This document shows, in pieces, positions 27,555 through 39,679 of a stretch of 64,000 nucleotides of DNA. The stretch is from Balanoglossus misakiensis. Its lineage: Eukaryota > Animalia > Hemichordata. The stretch lies in NCBI GenBank assembly GCA_040954595.2, contig CM082585.2, positions 9,350,564 through 9,414,563 on the forward strand, read 5' to 3'. Numbering within the stretch: position 1 is the first letter of the stretch; each line of letters opens with the position of its first letter. The position numbers and the translations under genes were made by a program. The notes under the pieces were generated by a model. That model was not told where the DNA came from, searched no databases, and was given only the letters and a program-made list of their open reading frames with translations.

Positions 27555-30500
27555 ATTGTTTGTTTGCTTGCCTGCTTGCTAAATAAATTGAAAACACTAG
27601 TGAGCTTCAATACATGTACATGTAGCTTTAAAGTACCATACAGGCATAAGAGTACTGCCAATGGCTGCTCTCTCCCTTTGCAATGAACCCTGTAATTATT
27701 GTATTCTCACAATTTGAAAGGGGTTATACTACACCATACGGGGGACAGTAAATGTCATTAGGATGAACTCTGAATAGTATGTGAATGTCAGCGTAAATGA
27801 ATGTTGAATTGCCATTTTCGCAGATGCCCTGTATTACTTCGAAAAACATTTATACAGTGCTGTGATTAAAAAATGCTGAATATCCTGACCTTTGGGGCAT
27901 AGGTCATTGGAAGAGCCACGGAAAAGAAAAACAGAAATTTAATAGGCTGACCTGTGGTTCAGCAGTCAATGCAAGAACCAGGAAGGGAAAAAATACAATC
28001 AGTATTTCTTTGAATCTGGTGTATTGTGAATTTCATCAGTGAATAAAATACACCTGCATACAGTTTTTTTGTCATCAATGTTATGCATACTATACTCGGA
28101 CATGTCACTGCCAATATTTCCTGACCTTATCATAAAAATAACACTGAATTGGAGTAAAACCTGAATCACATTATATGTGTGGACTATACTGTTTTATTTT
28201 GTATTACTGCGTGCCGTATCTGCATTACAGTGATGCCAGTATGTCTGAGACCTCTAATTGTTTAGTCTTCTCAGACACAGTAATAAAAAAGCCTCATTAA
28301 TCCATATTTGGAATCGCCGGCATATCATGATTTCAACCTGTTCTTTGCCTGCAAGCTTGAGGGAATACAAGAATAAGCAGAGCTTGGCTATAGCAAGGAT
28401 ATCATCAATCCTACATGTCACATAGAAATACCAGTGTGTTGTACAATGTACTATTTAGGCCTGTCTGGATTTAATCAAGGTATCAGACAACAGGAGACCC
28501 AGGAAGAAGCTGTTACAAAATCAATACATCATTGTATTGCTTTATGTCAATTTAATGAAATATGCAAGCAGCACAAAACTGTATATTTCCTCTAACATTA
28601 AGGAAAATTGAATGTTCTAATAATATGGCAAGAACATTTTTTGTTCTCTTAAAGGGGAAATCCGCTGTAGCTGATTTCTACATAATTTGGTAGCTTTGAT
28701 GTCTCTCTTTCAGAAAAAAACATATTCGCCATGTATAGGTCGCGCGATTTTTTACAAAATCTAGGGAAAGTTGGCAGAGTTTCCAATATGGCGTTTACTG
28801 TAATTTGAATCATGGGAAAAAAAGCGCCAGGAGCAACTTCCGCCCACCATGGTGTGGGTGATACCATTCTCCGATTGGTGTCACTGGGCGACAGACTAGG
28901 CGTATTTTCATAGCTATTGTTTGTTCTTTGCATCAGTTGATAAACAATCATCAGCAAAGTCAAAAATTTGTCATCTATTGACAGTTTTCATGAGCTATAA
29001 CCCATGAAAAATATGCAAATACGCTTAGCTTGTGACACAGTGACACCAATCGGAAAATGGTATCACCCACACCAAGGTGGGCGGAAGTTGGTCCTGGCGC
29101 TTTTTTTCCCATGATTCAAATTACAGTAAACGCCATATTGGAAATTCTGCCAACTTTCCCTAGATTTTGTAAAAAATCGCGCGACCTATACATGGCGAAT
29201 ATGTTTTTTTCTGAAAGAGAGACATCAAAGCTACCAAATTATGTAGAAATCAGCTACAGCGGATTTCCCCTTTAAGTCTTTGAGGTTTGGTTTGAAATCC
29301 TGTTGTATTTTAAGCAGTGCGCCCTCTATATACCATAATATGTATGTCTGTTGTTTTTTGTGTATGAAAGATAAAAAAATCGGTTTTATTTCATATCAGG
29401 AAAAATGACAATTTTGGTACACAATGAAAATTGCGGTACGGTATGTGAGATGAACATAATGTTTTATACCAAAGATTTGTGACTATGTCTCTTGTAATTA
29501 TTGCTTTCATTTTCAGCTAATGCTTGAATACACTTCTGTATAAAGCAGCGATTTCTGAGTGTACTTTTGCATTGTTGATATTCACAGGCATCCAGCCTTG
29601 TCATGAAACCAACTACTGTGCCAAGCAAGAGTACGTGCCTTGTGTGGCATCCCAGCAGGACTTAGAGAGTTTCAGCTTGGTTGGCCACATAGGAATCATC
29701 GAAAGGTTTCACGACGAATCGGTTACTTTGACCTGTGAAGCCAGAAAGCGAGACAAAGTTGTAAGTTGTACTTTCATTCTGTTGCTCTTTCTTATGCTTA
29801 CCTGAACATGATGAAGAGGGTTGTCTGTAACTTACATAGATGAGTTTCATAATAGGCGTACAAGTTATACAGATTGTTCCATGTACTCTTTACTGATGAT
29901 TTTACTTTTTCGCCCCTCAGACAAACATGAAACTCTGGTGGTGCAATGCAACGAATCTGGAATGTGTGTGTCCATCCACGGGTCCGTACAGGTATCGCCC
30001 GCCGTTGGTCACAAAAAAGCACTACCTTGCTCTGGAAGAGACAACAGGTCAGCATTCGATGTCCAGCATTGAGGTGGCCAATCTGACGCTAGACGAGCGT
30101 CACATGTTTGTCTGCCTTGTTCTGATTGGTGGAGGTGGTTTTGCGGACGCGTCGGCCAATGTTACTGTCATCATGGGAGGTGGGTAGAGTTGGAGTATGG
30201 TGGACGGAAAAATTCAGTCTTGTGCCGGTGCTCTGGGAAACCTACTTCGGTTTGGAGGTTGCATAGCACCTAGAGGGCTCGCAAATGACTGAATTATTCA
30301 ATCTACAGTTAGCATTGCATGTTTTATTGAAAGAAAAAAAGCCTTAGACTGACTGTCCATGTTTGGTCATTGGTACAGTCAAAAGTGTTAGTGGCCCAAA
30401 CCATGTACATTTTTAAAGATGTAACCACTTCACGATACACTATGGGGTTTTTAGTTAAAACAAAATTATTATAAAATGGAATGCCACTTTAAGAATGACC

Positions 30501-33365
30501 TGAAAAGCTGCAAATTTAATTTGAAGAGACAGCTGAGGTGCACGTATAAGGTTTGATGAATTTGCTGTCACTTTGTATTCAAGAAGAGTAAAATTCTGTG
30601 AACAAGTTAAGTGGCTTAGTCACTTCCATTAAGAAGAGAGAAGAAAAAAATCAATAGCTGTTTGAAGGTCCCGCATTTGGCACAGTTACAAGATGCACAG
30701 TAGAGTGTCCTTATTACGTGTAGAAATTTATATGAAGTGTGCATACTAATGTTTTACTGCACTAAAGTTCTACGTCGGTGTCAAGGTGACAGCTAACTCA
30801 CCACACATACATGTATGTATGCACATGCAGTTAACTTGACATATCCATTATACATACAATTGATGACGTCCTACGAAGACCCATGCTTAACATGCAACCA
30901 AACTAAACCAGTTATTACATTTGTTGATGTCATTGACCATCGTGGCAAAACTAGGCAAACTTTGTCGCAATAAACTCGCTACCTGATAGAGATCTCCAGG
31001 GCCTTTCAACCATACATGAGTCCGATATCGGCTCCTTTAGTTTGCCATTCAAACTATATGCCCACCTAAATCTACTGAAAATTCACTTACCACTGAATCA
31101 TTTTCCCCGGTGTATTTCCCCTGTATGGGTTAATGATCTTTTAATTGCTTCACTTAGTGGAGATAAATATCTGATTTAAGGTACATGTACCTTCTGTGAC
31201 CGTGATGGGAAATAATGGAGATATGTTTGTCGCAGTGTCACATTTCAGTATTAAAAGGATGGTAGAGTGCAGTACATAAAATGGCTCATCTACTCTCTTT
31301 TGAATTTCAGATCCAGTTGTACCAGAAATTATTCAGAGCACTGAGCGAAGTTACCGGACCAGCGAGGGTAACACTTCTAGACTAGTGTGCAAGGCCACAG
31401 GATTTCCCACACCAAATCTACATTGGATAAAAGATGACAAACCCTTGGCATTCAATTCATCGAATCCAAGGTAACATTTTAAATTCATATTGTTACTTGT
31501 TGTGAATTAACTAAAGAGTCGTGATTCTCTCTGAATGCTTAACATGTTATTGTGTTTTCTGATTGGCTACATACAGAGTGCACCTGGATGCCAATGATTG
31601 GCTGGTGATCGAGAAAGCCAACAAGGGCGACGAGGGTACATACCAGTGCAATGCCACCAATCGTGTGGGCTTTGACTTGTCTGAGCCGATCGAATTGCAA
31701 GTCATGTCCATACCACCAGATAGTAAGTCTTCCTAAATATTAATCTGTTGTCAGCCTTGGTGCCTTCATTTTTCATGTGACCATGCACTGATGATCTGTC
31801 TTTTATCATGCTTATATATTTAGGAGCCGGAAACCCATGGTTGCTGATTGTGGTCATATCAGCTGCTGTGATTGCTGGACTACTTCTTGTGTTGGTCATT
31901 CTGTGTGCAGTCTACAAATATAGAGGTAGGCTAGCTAGGCTCCAGAATTCTATAGATGTCCAAGGAATTTCTATAAAATTCTATATAGGCTTTGAAGATT
32001 CTAGGAAAACCTTCAAAAAAGTGAATTTGAGCTGAGAAGATGAATGACTGAAGTGTGATGAAGGTAGCTATGTTACATGTATAACTTTTTCATCAGCATA
32101 TTTCTTTTCTCTCTGTCTCTCCACAGCTGCCAAAGCTAAGGAGGCAGCTGCCAACGCCATCGATGTCACAAGCCCAATACACGTCGACGGCAACTTTGTC
32201 GTCAAGACCGGCGACAACGCCAGAATCAATATCGGTAATGTAACCATGGGAAGTGGAGAAGACCTGGCTGATCAGTTTGCCAGGGAACAAGAACAACCTG
32301 GACAGGCAGGTAAGATCTAATCGAATCGGATCTTCTGGCCTTGGCTTCTTTTCTTCTTTTAGCTTTCAGTTCTTTCATCTGTTCTGTTTTTGCACTTGTA
32401 TCACAGCATTTAGTTAAAAAAAAACTGTAGTATCTTCTACACCCTGCAGTATATATTTTTCTTAGTAAAAATTTTAGTTGGCAGCAAAGGGCTATGATGG
32501 CCTAAATAACTGTTGCATGAAGAAATGAAGATATGAGAACTGGACAAGTACCCATATACGGTACATGTATACTGTAACTGGCACTTTAAAAGAAATGAGT
32601 AGGGCATGTAGGGCTTCTCTGCAGGAGTAAACAACAGACCCTTTATTCAAAACAAAAGACGTCATGCACTGCGGACCCCTTGCTTTAAAGTTGTGTTAAA
32701 CCAGAAGACTATCTGCAAAAATGTACCTAATTAATGGTATGAAGCTGAGGATTCATAGCCTTTGGGCACTCTCCAGGAGGATTGTGGATTAGTGACCTTG
32801 CGTGGTGAACATTTATCAAAACCAGTTTAGTGATCCAAGTATTTTTTCTGTAATTTCACACATAGCGATGGAAGAGGGCAGAGCTATGATCAATGGCAGT
32901 GCTAACGGACATGTACGGGTCAGTCCCTCCAGCCAACCATGCAGCGTTTTCTTGACCTTTCACCCCGAAGACAGCGACCTTGCCTACGAGATGAGGGAGC
33001 GGCTCCTCAAGAGCAGGAAGCGCCTGAAAGTGACCATGCAGACCGACCAGCAGACACACAAAAACAATAATGACTTCGTAGAGAGCGTCAAACGGGCCAC
33101 CAAGGTGGTGGCGCTCATATCCAGCCCCTATCTGAAGTCCAAGAAACACGTGAAGATCCTCCAGAGGGCGCTAGACGCTCTGAGCGAGGACGGGGATCCG
33201 GTTCACGAGAACCGGTACATTGCGGTTTATTTCGTGCCGCTGGAACGGGTACCAGAGGAGCTGCAGTCTGTGGTGTCGTTGGACTACAATGTAGAGAGTG
33301 ATAGCGTCTACTTCTGGAAAAAATTTCCCAAGACTGTTTTGCCAGCGGGAGAAGTTTTCTTATGA
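4106..33365 (+). CDS. Type I membrane receptor: signal peptide, 2 Ig domains, TM, TIR (interleukin-1 receptor-like architecture), ~530 aa
   Basis: Exons 4106-4175 (MAMVGCRLMFCAVFSSQLLFTVNG, signal-like, phase-1 donor), 29588-29760, 29921-30179, 31311-31470, 31577-31722, 31824-31925, 32127-32309 and 32866-33365 total 1593 nt in one open frame. Ig1: VTLTC..W..IEVANLTLDERHMFVC. Ig2 (I-set): RLVCKATGFPTPNLHWIKD..LVIEKANKGDEGTYQCNATNRVG. TM: WLLIVVISAAVIAGLLLVLVILCAVYKYR. TIR-like: SVFLTFHPED..SVKRATKVVALISSPYLKS..VPEELQ..LDY..FW. Joining exon 1 across 25 kb is inferred from phase compatibility. Confidence 0.85.
19063..19490. repeat. Perfect long inverted repeat (191-bp arms, 46-bp spacer); foldback element/MITE or inverted duplication
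   Basis: 19063-19253 is the reverse complement of 19300-19490 (TACAGCCGAAATT...AATTTCGGCTGTA). Ends read TA-CAG...CTG-TA. Confidence 0.92.
27501..27554. repeat. (GAT)n microsatellite
   Basis: About 18 tandem GAT units. Confidence 0.95.
28649..29275. mobile_element. Non-autonomous DNA transposon (MITE) with TTAA target duplication and ~230-bp TIRs; Kolobok-like
   Basis: TTAA|AGGGGAAATCCGCTGTAGCTG...CAGCTACAGCGGATTTCCCCT|TTAA, with near-identical arms at ~28653-28884 and ~29041-29271. TTAA plus purine-purine ends fits Kolobok better than piggyBac (CC/CCC ends). The mirror-image ORFs 28649-28963(-) and 29057-29275(+) are just the TIRs. Confidence 0.88.
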
Positions 33366-36218
33366 AAGGACGGGGGTGACAACAGAAGAAAGTTTTCTAC
33401 AATTTTGCATTTCCAGTTATCTAAAAGCTGTGGAAATGTTCAAGCACTGTATTTCATGTCCGTTAGTTCTGGTGTCAAATCTGTGGACCGTGACGCTGTT
33501 TTGCACAATGGTTAACTAACTATTGCTGTATTGTCGCATTCTGTACGTCTGTCGTCCATACATGGATATATAGTACAAAAGTCAAGCCCTTCCTCGAACT
33601 TACCTATTCCCAAGTGGAATAGCTGATCTACCTTAGGGGAAGCAGTGTGGCCGTTCCAATCACACAGAAAGAGAGGGGTGTTTCAGGGAAGAGGGAGAGT
33701 GTTGCAGCCAACCAAAAGTACAAGAAGCACGAGGTGTTGGTTCTGCGATGAATAAAAAAAAACCTCATAGTCAAAAAAGTACACAAGGAAATAAATAACA
33801 GGTGGCTTACATGAGAATAATATTGAAGTGAAATGAACTGCGCAAATGAGCACTATCAGCAGTTTGCTCAAGAACGACTCGCCAGAAATTTCGCGTCATA
33901 GGAATTTACTCCCAATAAAAAGATGGCACTCTATTCAGCTGGGTGATATGGTACATTTTCAGTGTACATAACACTACATGTAGATAGATTATAATTGTGT
34001 GATTGTTTTTTCACCTGTGGTGTGCGGGGTTTCATTTCTGAGAGTGTGACCATGACTTATGTGACTAGCTCAGTTACATATCGTAAACTTCTAAAAACTT
34101 GTTTTTCTTGCCTAAATACAGCAGTTTCAAATCTTGATGATTTCAGGAAAGTGACGTACAATGCACCAAGCCTTCCCACCTGCAGAGTCATGAAGAATTA
34201 CAAACTAAACAGGGTACATTAATCTCATATTTGTATCTTAAGTGGTCTTATGTATAGTCAGTTGTCTTGCAAGATTTTCTTAGGCAAGTTTTTCTGGGAG
34301 ATATTTCATCGTATCAAAATGGGTTTTATTTTCAGATCATTTGAAAACAAACTCAGCCATGGAAATGTCAAATTTTGTGGATTTCATTCTGTTTCTCGGA
34401 ATGAATTGTATGCTACATATCTTATACTTAGACTTTTTGGCATGGATCTTCCTACATGCAAATCTATCGTGGTACTTTGAAAGTTGCCACTGTGTTGAAT
34501 GCTAATTTCTTTATGATACATTGACATCAGGCATTGCTTTCAGAGTGACTTAGTTTAATTCTGACATCTAACATGACTTTAATTGCAAATTTCTTGTTGA
34601 TAGTTTGATTGCTGCCTTTGCTTTGTATCGGCAACTTTTTCATACTCTGACCTCTGACATTGCTTCTTTAAATGCCAATTAATTAATTGCGATACTTTGA
34701 CCTTGATATTGCCTTTTTACTCAGGTCTGATTCAGTTTATTTTTTCGATATTTGAGGTAGAAAAGAGTACTTAAAATATCTAATGTATGGAAGGTTATTC
34801 CAATTTGACAAAGTGGAGCAAAACAAAAGGAAACTACAAGTAGTTTAACAGACAAGAGGACAGGCCCTTAACAATTCATAGTGGCAGAAAAAGTAGCATT
34901 TTGTAAATAAATGTAAATTTGCTTGCATTTCCTTGTCATAAACATTTTCTTCTGCAAACTTCTCAATCACAGGTATTTGTTTGGATTTGACCGTCTATTC
35001 CCACCTCCAATAACTGACGTCAAAGAATGACCCTTTGTGAGAACAATAGGGCCTTTCCATTCTACACATAATACAGGGGTGATTGGATAGAAATAGGTAA
35101 TGCAGAGTGAATTCTTCTTTCAAATGATAAACTATTTTTGGACACAATTTTTGTAACGTCTGTTTGTCATGGAACAGTGATGCTTATAGTATAAGTATGC
35201 AATTTTCAACGTACATGTCATTTGGATATACTTTTTCTGATATTTTTGACATTGACATGTATAATATAGGTCTGCTGTATAGTTATAGGCTTTAAAGGTT
35301 GCACTGTAAGTGTCTACAATGAAACATCCTTGTAAAATTGTTTCAAGTCACCCTATGACATCTTTATTCCCATGAAAATTCAAAACAAAATTTAAATGGT
35401 CTAAATAAATATTACTCCTTGCAAAAGCGATGGAAGTTGCACCCCATTAGAAAATAATTTTCAACCATTTATGAAGGAGTTTTGCTATTTAAATGTAAAC
35501 CTGTACAGTTCGCTAATGAGAATTTCCTGGCTGTAAATTTGTTTAAAAATGGCTCAGAAAATAATTTTGTGCTAAAATAATTATTAAATATTGCACATTT
35601 CCTTTAAGGAACCTTTATTTAAAATTTCATTAATACAGTGTTTATTTATTATTATTGGACAAATAATTTCAACGGGGAATGTTTCACATTTCTTTTTCTT
35701 TATTATGTAAAATATTTGTCGGAAGTCTGCAGGTGGTGGTTCAGATTCGTTTTCAGATCTGGGAATCTACTGCGTCGTTATTGGATGATTTTGACATGTT
35801 TTTCGATTCAGATTCAGAGGATCCGTCATACATGAATATCTCGTATTCAGATTGCCATTCAAATTCAGAGATCTGTCGTCTGCTCTGTGAAGTAACTGTG
35901 GCATTGTTGGTATTAAAGTACAGATTTATCTAGTTCTGTGAAGTGTATGTGTGTTTAGCCCCTAACGATAATTTGCACATTCACCCGAGCTCATTGTACG
36001 GAAGGAACAAATTCACAGCAGTTGGGTCATAGCCAATGTTTTATTTCAAATTTCCAGATGTAAAAGATTGTCTACATAATGAGGCCTGCCTCTTTCATCA
36101 CTTAAAAAAATAAGTTAATATTATATCTGTAAAAAAATATCAATAACTAAATATATATTTCTGCTATATCATGGCTCGTGCGCCAGGCTGACACACCCTT
36201 AAAACCCCCGGACTTGGT

Positions 36219-37779
36219 TCAATCACCGTCAGCCAAATCGCTGTCATTCCCAAGATGCATTATGTAGAACAGCATGCCGGGATGGTTGTATTCTTCTCGG
36301 CCAAGTCGAGGGTTTCTCCGGACTCTCTGAATGTCGCCCCCTGCGTTCACACGGAGGTGGTGATGCTTCGGCGGTCCCTCGTCCAGGTGGTTCCACTGCT
36401 CATTGTCGCGGATGGAGAACAGGCCGTTGCCTTCGTAGTCTATTCTGAATTTCAGCAGCTCTGCTTCGGAGGCAGCGTCGATTTGTGGTATGAGGGTTTC
36501 ATCCACTGGGTTCTTCTTGAATCCCTGTCGATTGTGAAATTAACATGGAAATGCTTTGATATTAGAAAACGCACCCTTGACAAAATTCAGTGAGACGATA
36601 ATATATGAATTTGATCGACGACAGTCAACTACACACGTTACCTTAGCAACTATGATCTTGTCGTCTCCCTGTCTTTTAGTTTTCAGCATGTATATGTACT
36701 TTCTATCTCTACCAAGTCTTTCACCTGGTATACCCAGCCACACGTCGACACTGTCATGCACCTGAAGCTGTTGTGAGCGTTCTCTAGTCGAGAAAAACCT
36801 AAAAAGACCTGTTTGAGAATTAAAAGGGACAGAAATATTAGAATGTATATATGTATGTGCGTGCGTGCGTATGTACGTACGTACGTACGCGTATGCATGT
36901 ATGTACGTATATGTATCAGGCGAGAAAAGTAATAGAATATCCCAGCTTAATTACTGTTAGATTTGTCCAGCTTTCCCTTTGCATCAACTACCAATGTGTT
37001 TCGTTCCAGGAATCCGATACTTTCGTCTTTCACCCGCAGGAATCCGTCGCGTTTCTTACTGATTAATGAGTAGATACGGATGTTGTCTCCCCCTGGAGGC
37101 CATAATATCAGTGATCGCTGACGAGACAGGGAGAAAGAAAATGAACACAATATAACTAGATATATTCTAGAACGTGTTTACGTGGTACTGTCATGAATGA
37201 TGACGTCATGTAGTTGTCCAGAGTACGGATCAGAGTACCAGCAAATCTTGATGTATCTCTTGTAAATGTACTATTAAAGCTGACAAAAAACATAAGAAAG
37301 TACATATACTACTTACAGACGTTGGTGGTGACACTAAGCCAACCTGTGTTTGACCTTCATCAAATGTTAATTGCTGGAAAATGAAATAAATTGCATTTTA
37401 ACGGAAAGTGTTTTAATTTTTATCCACTTTACGAGAAAGTACGGTTCACTATAAAGTGACACATTTTTCGTAGAAACTGGCCACATCCACTTTCACAAGC
37501 TCGGGCGGAAAAATAATAACACCAGGAAATATGGAATATTAAAAGTCCCCGCCAAAATGATAAACATCGCTTGGCTAGCGAAGATGACATCGACTCATTC
37601 TCGCGTGCCAGAGTCACTTCGCGAGAGGCAAACTCAGAAGCTGTTGCCGTAAAGAGGTCGTGGTTTGCGATGATGTCTCATCCACGTCCGCGACATCACA
37701 AGAAAAACGCAAGGAGGATACTTACAGGGTATAAGGTCGGATAGAGATACCCTCCCATATTTTGCTGTACGTGTGCCAT
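36219..37779 (-). CDS. Leaderless putative beta-trefoil (IL-1/FGF-fold) cytokine-like protein, paralog A, 248 aa
   Basis: Exons 37779-37726, 37373-37317, 37117-36955, 36808-36642 and 36524-36219 splice in frame: MAHVQQNMGG..RSLILWPPGGDNIRIYSLISKKRDGFLRV..VVDAKGKLDKSNSLFRFF..VDVWLGIPGERLG..YIYMLK..KFRIDYEGNGLFSIRD..HLRVNAGGDIQRV..HPGMLFYIM. Probable 5'UTR exon donor near 38080. The gene model is supported by paralog B; the fold is an inference. Confidence 0.8.
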
Positions 37780-39679
37780 TTTTCTGCAAACGAAACAAGA
37801 TCATCAGTCACAGCTCAAGAAAACGGCTTCATATGTAAAATCACAGACAAATATATTTGTCTGTGGTTAAATGTAGACTACGTCAACTAAAAAGGCACCC
37901 ATTTCTTCAAACTTCATTTTTCGTGTAGTCATACTTCAAAAATCGATATGATATACAGAATTTTTCATGAACAAAACCCGCTTTACCCAATATGATTCAA
38001 CCCAGCTGATAAGACAGGCACCACCTTCGCCTTAGTGAAAACAGAGTCTCCCACGTACCACTGCTGATCACAAGCTTACCTGAAATTGGTCTTTTAGTCG
38101 CTTCTATTAGCACTGTGGTCGCGCCTGCTTCACGCTCGCTGGTGCACAGTTGCAGCTATACTTATACTTAACTCGTTCCCTTTGTTAAAGACTCATACTC
38201 AGTGACTATTGCAACGACTCGGAAAATACCGAGATTGACAGAAATAGCACGGTAACTGATCACACAGGTTGGTTGCGTCAGACCATGATCTCAGACCAGG
38301 GCGTCATCGTTGCTCCAACATTGTTCGTGCGCTCGTGATGAATGGACGACATTTCTTCGAAGTAGGTCAAATCCGGTATCTTGTGGGGGAACCGGCTAAC
38401 TTGCTGACGTGGGAAACTAATGTTGGTTGAATAAAAGAAATAGAGGATTTCTTCCCCACCTTTTGAGTGACATACGTCATTATTTTAATCGAGTTCGGTT
38501 TCTGTTGGTGAAAATGACGTCACCCAGAAGACTATCCGCGCTCGTCGTTCTTTTCCACGAGGAAGAGTCTACATTGAAAAAAGGACACACTCATTATATA
38601 GTCAAATCGGCAACCCTGACCCAGAAAGCATTATCTGCTGACGTTGTAAAATCGCTAGAACTCAGGGGTTTTTTTAAGCGTTAAAAATCATCGGACGGAA
38701 AAAAGGTATGCTTTGTAAGACAACATTCTTTGATGATTAGCACAGGCACACAGTACACATGTGGAGCCTTTAAGATAAAACTTATATGACAATTTTAACT
38801 TTCTCTTGAATCAGTTCCCACGTAGATTCATTCGAATACGCGCCGACTATACATGTTCCGAGTTAAATCGCTTTATTTCGAGTAGTAACACCTCAGTATG
38901 TTTTGTAAGATGATTTACCAACAGGAATATGCCACATCTATGCGGTTTTCCCTCTCAAAGACCGGAGGTGTTTGAGTTTTATTCTCATCGCTTCTTAATT
39001 ACACTTCTGGCGATATACTAAATCCGTGCCGGAGATTAAAAAAGAGAGTTATTTGTGGGATATTTTGTCATTTGAACCGTGGAGGTCACTGACACGACAG
39101 GTGAAAGAAAATACGAGGGCATACATACATGTCGTGACTTTAAATGCGTCAGCATCTAATAGAAGGAAGTTTGCTAAACACTATAGTCGGGCTAACTGGC
39201 CCCACAAGGAAGCGATGCGAAAATCGACGGGCGAGGGCGGATAGCATCGGAGGAAAACGAGTGTTGTATACGCCCACGTGGTCAAAGTAACACGTAGAAT
39301 CGAAAACTCTCGAAGAAAACGAACATATTCATTAAAAAAAGTTGGAACTATATTGAGGGAAAAAGTATTGAAAAAAACACCAACAATTTGCGATTACATC
39401 TATTTTATTGTATTGGCCTTACAAAAATGTAAATTAATACTAATCAAAATGAAGTTGAAATTTGTTTGTCAAAGCTATCAGTCTATTGGAAATATTACTG
39501 GAACTGAAGCAAAAAGAAGGAAGATATCAAATGAACATGATTTCATCGTACTTCGCATGTCAGTCAGTAATCGTAATCGTCCATAGAGAACACGATATAG
39601 AATATATTTTTTCATAAAAGTTCATCTTCCCTTGCTTGCTGTTTGAGAGTTTCAATGCTTTCTGGTGGAATTATATAGT

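Noticed and set aside
4916-28600. Many 60-157 aa ORFs in the large intron
   Set aside because: No recognisable domains, composition typical of random AT-rich sequence, and no consistent splice chain found.
28649-29275. Two near-identical ORFs on opposite strands (MVSPTP...SGFPL)
   Set aside because: They are the MITE's terminal inverted repeats and show no transposase features.
35679-35933. Acidic ORF (DDFDMFFDSDSEDP) between the receptor and paralog A
   Set aside because: Low-complexity TCAGAT-type repeats with no start or splice support; at most a decayed fragment.
37317-37373. Possible caspase site (LTFD/EG) in the paralog A pro-region
   Set aside because: Glu at P1' is unfavourable and the site is not shared with paralog B; too weak to claim.
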